Assembly (NCBI GenBank): GCA_963974105.1
Contig: CAXBBG010000005.1
Location: 62,717 to 126,716, forward strand
Direction: 5' to 3'
Length of the DNA stretch: 64,000 nucleotides
Source: an uncultured Magnetococcales bacterium
GTDB taxonomy: Bacteria; Pseudomonadota; Alphaproteobacteria; UBA2136
Shown here: piece by piece, positions 1-8,219 of the stretch
How positions within the stretch are numbered: the stretch's first letter is position 1
Layout of the letters: each line of letters starts with the position of its first letter
Translations under genes and position numbers: made by a program
The notes under the pieces: generated by a model
Told to the model about the DNA's origin: nothing
Databases searched by the model: none
Seen by the model: only the letters and a program-made list of their open reading frames with translations

Positions 1-325
1 TGTTTTTTTTCATTAAAAAGCCAACGCCCTTGCTTAAACCACCAGCCACATCACGGCTACGTTCAATCAATTTTTTAACGTCAATTGTTGCGCCATTTGT
101 TTTAATACCGAATTCTGCGGCTTTTTCGATTGTGTGATAAATTTCTGAAGCTTTAAGGAGTGCTTTTGTTGGAATACAGCCCCAATTTAAGCAAATACCA
201 CCTAAGTTTTCTCTTTCAATAACAGCCACATTCAAACCAAGCTGAGAGGCACGGATAGCAGCCACATAACCACCAGGTCCACCACCAATTACCACAACAT
301 CAAATTCGTTTGATACTTTTGACAT
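1..325 (-). CDS. lpdA: dihydrolipoyl dehydrogenase (E3), N-terminal part; runs off the window start
   Basis: Translated by hand from ATG at 325: [30 protein letters not shown]...[16 protein letters not shown] (GxGxxG FAD motif and CxxxxC redox disulfide); last gene of the pdh operon. Confidence 0.96.
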   Translation of the reverse strand, partial: MSKVSNEFDVVVIGGGPGGYVAAIRASQLGLNVAVIERENLGGICLNWGCIPTKALLKASEIYHTIEKAAEFGIKTNGATIDVKKLIERSRDVAGGLSKGVGFLMKKN

Positions 326-328
326 GAT

Positions 329-1303
329 CTATTCTCCTAAAGTTTCTTTATACTTATTGTAAATGATTATGAATGAATTTGTGAATATAAATGGCATTTT
401 TTCAATCATCATATCTATATCTTCCATGCATAACCATGTAATGTTTTCAATTTCATCTTTTTCAAATGTAATGTCGCCATCGTATGTTACCGCAAATGCT
501 TGGCAAAACTTATGTGTGTGCGACAATTTTTCATACAAAAACGGTTCGACATTCGTAAGGTCAACATCAAAGCCTAACTCTTCTTTGGCTTCACGCATGG
601 CCGCTATTTTATAGCTTTCACCCACATCTACATGCCCAGAAGCCGCACTGTCTAAACGTAATTTAGCAGCCGCCACATTTAAACTACGGTGCTGAAGTAA
701 AAATTCACCCTTTGAATTACGCACTAACACATGCACAACGCGTACCAACAGCTTATTTTTACGCATATCATCATATTTACAGCCACCAATTTCAATATCT
801 GCGTCATTCACCAAGGAAAGTGGCTTATAAATGGCTTCTTCATAGCGTGCAAAACTGTCGTAAAAACCATCACTTAAAACAAATGGATAACGTCGATGCA
901 GTTCAACCACTTCATGAAATGGGAATTTACCCACATTTTTAACCTCAACTTCGCAAGGGGAAAGTACGCCCGTGTAAATGCCTTTAAACACTTTGCACAA
1001 ACCGTATTCACCCCATGAGTCGCAAACAAATTCAAGTTCTGTTTCTATGCCAAGCTCTTCTTTAAGTTCACGGTGTGCGGCAGTTTCATAACCTTCGCCC
1101 GCATCAACATGACCGCCAGCAGAAGCACATAATAGGTTTGGACGCATACGCCCTTCCCCACGCTGTTGTAAAACAAGGTTATTTTTATCGTCAAAAATAT
1201 AAACATGTACAAAACGTATCAACTCACCCGGCTGCACGTCTGCTCTTGGTTTTGTGCCAATAACATTGTCATTTTTATCTATAATGTCTTGCATGTTAGG
1301 CAT
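329..1303 (-). CDS. tandem two-domain Nudix hydrolase (IDI type 1/YfcD-like)
   Basis: Two Nudix boxes, GGHVDAGEGYETAAHRELKEELG and SGHVDVGESYKIAAMREAKEELG, each preceded by an IDI-like D..D..IG start and an LQ.R motif. Confidence 0.85.
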   Translation of the reverse strand: MPNMQDIIDKNDNVIGTKPRADVQPGELIRFVHVYIFDDKNNLVLQQRGEGRMRPNLLCASAGGHVDAGEGYETAAHRELKEELGIETELEFVCDSWGEYGLCKVFKGIYTGVLSPCEVEVKNVGKFPFHEVVELHRRYPFVLSDGFYDSFARYEEAIYKPLSLVNDADIEIGGCKYDDMRKNKLLVRVVHVLVRNSKGEFLLQHRSLNVAAAKLRLDSAASGHVDVGESYKIAAMREAKEELGFDVDLTNVEPFLYEKLSHTHKFCQAFAVTYDGDITFEKDEIENITWLCMEDIDMMIEKMPFIFTNSFIIIYNKYKETLGE

Positions 1304-1805
1304 TTAAACGCTCCCATAGTTTTAAACACTGTAGGAGTTTTGGAGATATTTTATCAGGACTTTTCTGCACGAGTTCTAAAATTTCATCTGCTTTAAATAA
1401 TTTAATTTCGGTAAGCTCTTCTTCTTCAATTGTGTAAGGACCGTCATGCACAGCGACATAGGCTTTACCGATCATATTTTCGATATGTGAGCGTGACATG
1501 TCTTCTATACGCCCTAACAAAGTAAATGCTTCAGGTTCAACATACACGCCCATCTCTTCTTGCAATTCACGCACAGCACCCTCTAAATAGTCCTCACCAG
1601 ACTGAACATGCCCACCTGGAGCGTCAATTTTACCCGCATCAGGGATGCCTGCCGCGCGCACCTGCAAAACAAAGTCACCTCTTGAATTTTGCAACAACAC
1701 ACGCGTAAAACGGTGCAATGCGCCTGCTTCATGTGCTTTTTTAAAAGGCATTTGCCCTATCACGTTATCATCAGCGTCTACAATATCTAACAGCTCTTGA
1801 GGCAT
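1296..1805 (-). CDS. Nudix hydrolase (IDI type 1/YfcD-like)
   Basis: ELLDIVDADDNVIG...HEAGALHR...LQVR...GGHVQSGEDYLEGAVRELQEEMG. Confidence 0.85.
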   Translation of the reverse strand: MPQELLDIVDADDNVIGQMPFKKAHEAGALHRFTRVLLQNSRGDFVLQVRAAGIPDAGKIDAPGGHVQSGEDYLEGAVRELQEEMGVYVEPEAFTLLGRIEDMSRSHIENMIGKAYVAVHDGPYTIEEEELTEIKLFKADEILELVQKSPDKISPKLLQCLKLWERLNA

Positions 1806-1808
1806 AAG

Positions 1809-3059
1809 TTACATAACCAACACAATTGGGTTTTCAAGATTTTCTTTGATAGATTTAAGTAATAATGCACCAACAGCACCATCAATAGCGCGGTGGTCAA
1901 CACTCAAAGAAACGTCCATCACAGAAGCGACTTCAATTTGTCCATCTTTCACAATCACACGCTCTTCGGCACCACCTACAGCCAAAATAGCCGCTTGTGG
2001 TGGGTTAATAATCGCCTTAAATTCTTTAACGCCGTACATACCCAAGTTTGAAAGCGAGAAGTTACCACCTTGATACTGTTCTGGCTTAAGTGTACCTGCA
2101 CGCGCTTGTGCGGCTAGAGACTTCATTTCATTTGAAAGTTTAACCATGCTTTTTTGGTCAGCATTTTCAATAATCGGTGTAATAAGACCACCTTCAATCG
2201 CCACTGCAATGCTCATATCTACGTTACCATATTGGATTAAAGCGTCGTCATACCAAGAAACATTTGCATCGGGGTTATCACGTAGCGCTAAAGCGCACGC
2301 TTTAATAATAAAGTCGTTTACAGTCAATTTATATTGCCCGTTCGCACGTTCATTCAATTGCTGACGCGCATCCAAAAGCGCATTCATGTTCACACTTGCT
2401 GTTAAGTAAAAGTGCGGTGTGTCTTGTTTTGATTCCGTTAAACGGTTGGCAATGGCTTTACGCATTGGCGCATGTGTTTGCCTTGTGTCTGATGCGCGCA
2501 TCACCTTGGCACCGCTGCCTAAAAGTGCTTGTTCAACATCTTCTTTAACGATACGTCCTTTTGGACCCGTCCCTTGAAGACGTGATAAGTCGATATTATT
2601 CTGCTGTGCCAAACGCTTGGCAACTGGGCTTATTTTTATATCACCCTTACCGTCTTTAAGCTCTGGCACTTGTGGCGCAAGCTTGGCGTTTTTAACCACT
2701 GTTTTTGTGCTGGCCGATGCAGCCTTTGGTGCCGCTGTGGTCTCTGTTTCCTCTTCAGCATCGTCACCTTCGACTTCCATCGTCATAGGTGTTGGTTTGT
2801 AGCCCTTTTCAACCGTTTCATCTTCTTCACGCAAAACAGCAATTGGCATACCAACTTGAATATCAGTCCCTGCTTTACCAAGAATTTGATGCACCACACC
2901 ATCTTCTGAAGCTTCAACTTCCATTGTCGCTTTGTCCGTTTCTACTTCTGCTAAAATATCTCCAGAAGAAACAACATCCCCTTCTTTCACACGCCAATTT
3001 GAAAGACGTCCTTCAGACATTGTTGGAGAAAGTTGTGGCATTAAAATATCGATTGGCAT
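1809..3059 (-). CDS. pdhC: pyruvate dehydrogenase E2, dihydrolipoamide acetyltransferase
   Basis: Lipoyl domain ETDKAT, E3-binding domain SPVAKRLA...GTGPKGRI, catalytic DHRAIDG. Confidence 0.96.
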   Translation of the reverse strand: MPIDILMPQLSPTMSEGRLSNWRVKEGDVVSSGDILAEVETDKATMEVEASEDGVVHQILGKAGTDIQVGMPIAVLREEDETVEKGYKPTPMTMEVEGDDAEEETETTAAPKAASASTKTVVKNAKLAPQVPELKDGKGDIKISPVAKRLAQQNNIDLSRLQGTGPKGRIVKEDVEQALLGSGAKVMRASDTRQTHAPMRKAIANRLTESKQDTPHFYLTASVNMNALLDARQQLNERANGQYKLTVNDFIIKACALALRDNPDANVSWYDDALIQYGNVDMSIAVAIEGGLITPIIENADQKSMVKLSNEMKSLAAQARAGTLKPEQYQGGNFSLSNLGMYGVKEFKAIINPPQAAILAVGGAEERVIVKDGQIEVASVMDVSLSVDHRAIDGAVGALLLKSIKENLENPIVLVM

Positions 3060-3082
3060 TGTTTTAACCTTTTATTTATCTG

Positions 3083-4366
3083 TTACCCGTTAAACGGCTT
3101 ACTACTTAGACGGTAGTATATTAATGTTAATTTCGCTATAGCATGGTGTGCAATCTTAGGCAAATTCACAGGCCTAATACGCGCATATATGTCAAAAATT
3201 TTATCTTCGCCAAGGACGGCGTCCACAAGCACGTGCCCCCCAAAGCAAGAAACAGATACGCCATGCCCATTAAAGCCATGCGCAATATAGTGATTGGTAT
3301 ATTTTTTAGAAAATATCGGTACATAATTCATCGGCACGCCCACAGGACCTGTCCATAAATAATCAGCTTCTATGTGTCCCTTTAATTCGGGGAGAAGCTT
3401 CATCAATTTTTTCAACTTCACCTCGGCATATTTTTCTTTATCTTTTAGAGATAAATAGTCAGGCCCACCAAAAATAATGCGATTATCTTCAGTAAACTGA
3501 ATATATGAGCCTAAAGTACCACGCCCTATAACCGTTTCACGGCTTGGTGATACAGCATCTAAAATACCCGCATCAATAGGTTTGGTAACAATTTGGAAAT
3601 AATCCGTGCTTACAGTGCGTGTTTTTTCAGGTGAATGCTCTTCCCCCATGTAAGCGTTACCGCAAACAATCAAACTTTTACACTTTACCGTACCATTTTC
3701 TGTACGCACAATAATTTCATCACCTTCTGAAATAGAAACAACAGGAGAATCTTCATATATACGGGCATTATTTTCAACCGCCGCTTTCGCTGCGCCAAAC
3801 AAATACGAAAGCGGATTAAATGAACCAGCATTCGCATAACGTAAACCAAACTTAGCGGAAGGCATATTAAAGACTGACTTTACAGCATCGGCCGTTAAAA
3901 AGTCGATATATTCATTTTCAAAATGGTTGGTGAAGTAAGTCGCATTGCTCGCAGATTCAACCGCTTTAAAATCATTACGGCTTATTTTTGTAAGCCCTTT
4001 TGAATAACCACAGTCAATTTTGTATTTTTCAATGGTGCTCACAATACTGTCACGGGCATCAATGGTTGAATTCCAAAAGTCATGCGCTGTCATACGCCCT
4101 AAAAAGTCTGAGAGGTCATCAAGCGTTGTGTTTAAACCGCTTTCAATCAGACCGCCCCCGCGCCCTGTGCAACCATAACCTATTTTTGAGGCTTCAATAA
4201 GAACAACATCTTGTTTTTTTTCGGCACCATATAATGCGGCAGAAATACCTGTAAAAGCACCACCCACAATACAAATATCACAGGTAATATCTTCTTTTAA
4301 GCTGTCAAAAACAGGGCGCTTTGTCGCTGTTTTTTCAAACCATGTCACATATGGTGAATATTCCAT
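3083..4366 (-). CDS. FAD-dependent oxidoreductase, DAO family (PuuB/OrdL-like)
   Basis: DICIVGGAFTGISAAL Rossmann motif, GYGCTGRGGG, YLWTG, HGFNGHGV; start placed at the MEYSPY Met because the upstream TTG overlaps pdhB. Confidence 0.82.
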   Translation of the reverse strand: MEYSPYVTWFEKTATKRPVFDSLKEDITCDICIVGGAFTGISAALYGAEKKQDVVLIEASKIGYGCTGRGGGLIESGLNTTLDDLSDFLGRMTAHDFWNSTIDARDSIVSTIEKYKIDCGYSKGLTKISRNDFKAVESASNATYFTNHFENEYIDFLTADAVKSVFNMPSAKFGLRYANAGSFNPLSYLFGAAKAAVENNARIYEDSPVVSISEGDEIIVRTENGTVKCKSLIVCGNAYMGEEHSPEKTRTVSTDYFQIVTKPIDAGILDAVSPSRETVIGRGTLGSYIQFTEDNRIIFGGPDYLSLKDKEKYAEVKLKKLMKLLPELKGHIEADYLWTGPVGVPMNYVPIFSKKYTNHYIAHGFNGHGVSVSCFGGHVLVDAVLGEDKIFDIYARIRPVNLPKIAHHAIAKLTLIYYRLSSKPFNG

Positions 4367-4389
4367 AAAGATTTTAAACCCCTGTTTTT

Positions 4390-5376
4390 TTATTTTAAGC
4401 AAATTTCTTTTGCGGCACGTACAATATCATCTGCTTTTGCAATAGAAGCTTGCTCTAAATTATCAGCATAAGGAATTGGTATATCGGCCAATGACAAACG
4501 CTTTACAGGTGCATCTAAATCATCAAATGATTCTTCAGAAATAACCGCCATAATTTCAGAAGCAATGCCCGCAAAACTGTAACCTTCCTCTACCACAATG
4601 GCACGGTTTGTTTTTTTAATAGACTTGGCAATAGCCGCTTTATCAAGCGGGCGGATAGAGCGCAGGTCAATAACCTCCGCTTGAATACCTTCTTTTTCAA
4701 GAATTTCGGCCGCTTTTTCACACTCAGGCACAGACATCGAATAACCGATCAATGTAATATCGCCACCTTCTTTAACAAGGCGTGCCTTACCAATTTCAAC
4801 CAAAACATCGTCACCTTCTGGCACATCACCTTCTGTACCGTACAGACGTTCATTTTCCATAATAAGTACTGGCGCATTGTCACGCACAGCGGCTTTAATT
4901 AAGCCTTTTGCATCGGCTGGTGTAACAGGGCAAACCACTTTTAAACCAGGGCAGTTGGCGTACATGTTTGTGTAGTCATGGCTATGCTGAGCCGCAACCA
5001 TTTTACCCAAGCCATTGATACCACGAAAAACGATAGGACAAGCCACTTTACCGCCGCTCATATAATAAGTTTTAGCCGCGCTATTCATAATTTGGTCAGA
5101 AGAAAGAAGGGCAAAACTCCAAGACATGTATTCCACAATTGGACGCATGCCCATAAAAGCAGAACCCACAGCCATACCTGTAAAACCTAGTTCTGTAATC
5201 GGTGAGTCAATCACACGCTTTGCGCCAAATTCTTGTAACATACCCGCAGAACATTTATAAGCGCCTTGATATTGCGCAACCTCTTCACCTATCAGGTAAA
5301 CTTCTTCATTACGGCGCATTTCTTCGCTCATACCATCACGTAGAGCATCACGATACGTTTGTCTAATCATTTTCAT
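4390..5376 (-). CDS. pdhB: pyruvate dehydrogenase E1 beta subunit (no N-terminal lipoyl domain)
   Basis: GEEVAQYQGAYK, DSPITELGF, AAQHS, EVIDLRSIRPLD. Confidence 0.96.
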   Translation of the reverse strand: MKMIRQTYRDALRDGMSEEMRRNEEVYLIGEEVAQYQGAYKCSAGMLQEFGAKRVIDSPITELGFTGMAVGSAFMGMRPIVEYMSWSFALLSSDQIMNSAAKTYYMSGGKVACPIVFRGINGLGKMVAAQHSHDYTNMYANCPGLKVVCPVTPADAKGLIKAAVRDNAPVLIMENERLYGTEGDVPEGDDVLVEIGKARLVKEGGDITLIGYSMSVPECEKAAEILEKEGIQAEVIDLRSIRPLDKAAIAKSIKKTNRAIVVEEGYSFAGIASEIMAVISEESFDDLDAPVKRLSLADIPIPYADNLEQASIAKADDIVRAAKEICLK

Positions 5377-5381
5377 ATCCG

Positions 5382-6410
5382 TTACCCCTCATCATTTTCT
5401 TGGCAAACGTCTGTGTAAAGCTCGCTCATATCAGCAGCAGGCGCCTTCATTGCAATTTCTACAGCTTGTGCTACTTTTTCTTTCGCTTTTTTATCAAGCG
5501 CTTTAAGCTCTTCATCTTTAACCTTATAGTCCTTTGTTAAAGTTTTACCAAGCTGCATAATTGGGTCACGTTCGTCTTTAACACAGTCCACCTCTTCACG
5601 GGTGCGGTATTTACCAGGGTCTGACAAAGAATGCCCTTTGTAACGATAGGTATCCATTTCCAATAACATTGGCCCTTTACCGCTACGGATATGTTCGCAA
5701 GCTTCGCTCACCGCTTCATACACAGCAAAGAAGTCCATGCCATCAACCTTTTTGCCTGGAATGCCAAATGGCTCACCACGCTTGTACAGGTCGCCCGCAG
5801 CATGGCGGTCTTTCGCTGTACCCATGGAATAATGATTATTTTCGATAACATAAAGAACTGGTAGTTTCCAGAGCGCTGCCATGTTGAATGACTCAAACAT
5901 AGCACCAGAGTCAGACGCACCGTCACCAAAGAAAGCCATCGTCACACGGTCTTCACCGCGGTATTTAGCCGCAAACGCCATACCTGTTGCCAAAGGCACG
6001 TTACCACCCACAATACCATGGCCACCCCAGAAATGTTTTTCGGGGTCAAACATGTGCATAGAACCACCTTTACCCTTAGAAATTCCTGTACTACGCCCCA
6101 TAAGTTCCGCAATAATTTCTTCCATAGGAATGCCGCAAATAGCCGCATGTGCATGACAGCGATAAGTTGTGATAAAGTCGTCACCTTCTTTAGACGCAGC
6201 CTTTGCACCTGTAACAACAGCCTCTTGACCAATATATAAATGACAAAAACCACCCATCAAACCTTGCTGGTACATACCGCCCACCTTTTCTTGAAAACGG
6301 CGCAATGTTATCATTGTTTCGTATTTCTCTAGAAGGTCTTCTTTGGTGAATTTATTATGAAGAGATTTAACCAAGTTAAACTTCTTTTTCGTGGCAGGTT
6401 TGACAGCCAT
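5382..6410 (-). CDS. pdhA: pyruvate dehydrogenase E1 alpha subunit
   Basis: GFCHLYIGQEA, GKGGSMH, ThDP-binding GDGA...ENN, TYRYKGHS; start placed at MAVKP. Confidence 0.96.
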   Translation of the reverse strand: MAVKPATKKKFNLVKSLHNKFTKEDLLEKYETMITLRRFQEKVGGMYQQGLMGGFCHLYIGQEAVVTGAKAASKEGDDFITTYRCHAHAAICGIPMEEIIAELMGRSTGISKGKGGSMHMFDPEKHFWGGHGIVGGNVPLATGMAFAAKYRGEDRVTMAFFGDGASDSGAMFESFNMAALWKLPVLYVIENNHYSMGTAKDRHAAGDLYKRGEPFGIPGKKVDGMDFFAVYEAVSEACEHIRSGKGPMLLEMDTYRYKGHSLSDPGKYRTREEVDCVKDERDPIMQLGKTLTKDYKVKDEELKALDKKAKEKVAQAVEIAMKAPAADMSELYTDVCQENDEG

Positions 6411-6668
6411 ATTACGTCCTCTTGTTATTTGACCTTTGAATTTACCCCAAAACAACCCTATCCGCAAGAAAAACTCACCTATTTCACATCATAACGGCCT
6501 CCAGTTTATGCTGTTTAAACACACTCTCAATATATTAGGGGGCAAACTTACTTAGATTTGCATGCATTTAACTTATCTTTCATGGCAAAAAAACTTACAA
6601 AAGGGTATACTTTTTGAATCAGGTAAAACACCATAAAAAACTCATAAATATAAGGTTAAACCCATACT

Positions 6669-7100
6669 ATGATTCCTAAAATAGCACTCCTTTCCCTTTG
6701 TCTGTGCACACTTACAGGCTGTTATGGCCGTGCCCCTTTAAACCTAAGTGTAGAAACAGCATGCCCTTCTTCACCCAACTGCGTTTCAACCCTAACAACT
6801 CAAGCTAACAAGCAAGTTATCCCCTACACTTTAATCGACGATAAAACAGGGTGGAATAAACTTATAGAAACTATCCAAAGCCTTCCCCGTACGCATATTG
6901 TTAAAAGCGATGCAAATAACCTCCACGCTGAGTTTACAAGTAAAATATTTCGTTTTACCGACGATGTGGTTATGAGAAAAACGGGCGGGACTATCGACAT
7001 ACGCTCATCATCTCGCATTGGATATTCTGACCTAGGCGCCAACCATACACGCATAGAATATCTACGTAACAAACTTAAAGAACTTAACATTATAAAATAA
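6669..7100 (+). CDS. DUF1499 family lipoprotein
   Basis: Lipobox LTGC, CPSSPNCVS, FRFTDD, RSSSRIGYSDLGANHTRI. Confidence 0.85.
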   Translation: MIPKIALLSLCLCTLTGCYGRAPLNLSVETACPSSPNCVSTLTTQANKQVIPYTLIDDKTGWNKLIETIQSLPRTHIVKSDANNLHAEFTSKIFRFTDDVVMRKTGGTIDIRSSSRIGYSDLGANHTRIEYLRNKLKELNIIK

Positions 7101-7187
7101 GTACACCATTGTCAGTTTTAGAAATAATGCGCTCCTTTATAAGTAATTAGAAACTATTTTTCTTACCTTTTTCCAAGGAGACATACC

Positions 7188-7427
7188 ATGTCTTTATTAT
7201 ACCCTATTGCTATAACTGTTATTGTTGTTGTGTTTGCTTTATACTCACTCTTTACATTTTTTAGCACAAAAAGTGCCCTATTCGCTATGGCCAAGCTATT
7301 CACTACATTTCTACTTATTTCTGTTTTGATGTTAACTTGTATTCCAGCGTTTAGCGCAATTGCTGTTACAGTTATTTCTGTTACAGTGATCATTGCTTCG
7401 GTTTTACCAAAGCGTGCTTACTCATAA
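7188..7427 (+). CDS. small hydrophobic membrane protein, unknown function
   Basis: AAGGAG SD before ATG, about three hydrophobic segments, followed by a terminator. Confidence 0.6.
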   Translation: MSLLYPIAITVIVVVFALYSLFTFFSTKSALFAMAKLFTTFLLISVLMLTCIPAFSAIAVTVISVTVIIASVLPKRAYS

Positions 7428-7432
7428 CGAAC

Positions 7433-7463
7433 AAAAAAGAGGTGTTTCAAACACCTCTTTTTT
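7433..7463 (+). terminator. intrinsic terminator
   Basis: AAAAAAGAGGTGTTT-C-AAACACCTCTTTTTT hairpin with A/T tracts. Confidence 0.8.
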
Positions 7464-7646
7464 ATATTCAAGTCACAAGTTCCTTAGGTAATACATGTAT
7501 AACATCATATTTTCTTGCCCAATCCAAATAACAACTCCATACAAAGCAAACACTTAACAACACCAAAACCTTTCTTAATTTTACAAAAATAGTACAAAAT
7601 GACACCATAAATGCAGGTAAAAACATAATGGATATAGAATAAACAA

Positions 7647-8219
7647 ATGCTTAGTTGGCGTATATCAAAGCTTATACCAAACACAAGAATGCTTCTAATA
7701 TTGGCACTTGTTTCATTTTTTATTGCATCACCCAAAGCAGCCTTATCAGAAGATAACACAGAGCAAGTCAAAGCTATTTTTTTATACAATCTTTTAAACT
7801 ATATTTCTTGGCCAAAAAGTAAAATTTCGGCAGTGAAAAATCTATGCATACTAGGCTCGAACACATTTGGAGACGCTTTTGAATATATTAAATTAAAATC
7901 AAAAAACCGAGATCTGGAAATATCCGTATCATTTATTACGCCCAGTGATAACCTCGATATTGAGACTATAAAGATGTGTCACATGCTATATATAGCTATA
8001 CCAGCAAATGCTAAAAATATTATAAAAACTCATAAAAAACACCTCATAAAAAATCATATACTCACAGTAAGCGATACCAAGGGTTTTAGCCAAATAGGTT
8101 GCGTTGAACTTCAACACCAAGAAGATAAAATATCTATTATTATAAACAGAAATAAATTAAAAAAATATAAACTTAAAGCCAACTCTAGACTTTTACGTGT
8201 TGCGAAAGTGGTAGAATGA
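7647..8219 (+). CDS. YfiR/HmsC (DUF4154) family periplasmic protein
   Basis: Signal peptide, EQVKAIFLYNLLNYISWP, LCILG, CHMLYI, ILTVSD, C-terminal SRLLRVA. Confidence 0.85.
   Translation: MLSWRISKLIPNTRMLLILALVSFFIASPKAALSEDNTEQVKAIFLYNLLNYISWPKSKISAVKNLCILGSNTFGDAFEYIKLKSKNRDLEISVSFITPSDNLDIETIKMCHMLYIAIPANAKNIIKTHKKHLIKNHILTVSDTKGFSQIGCVELQHQEDKISIIINRNKLKKYKLKANSRLLRVAKVVE

Noticed and set aside
3083-4366. The pdh-operon oxidoreductase as the missing MnmC oxidase half
   Set aside because: Its motifs (N-terminal W...L..D..CD.CIVG, FGG, WTG, GFNGHG) fit PuuB/OrdL-like enzymes better, and it is 30 kb from mnmD.
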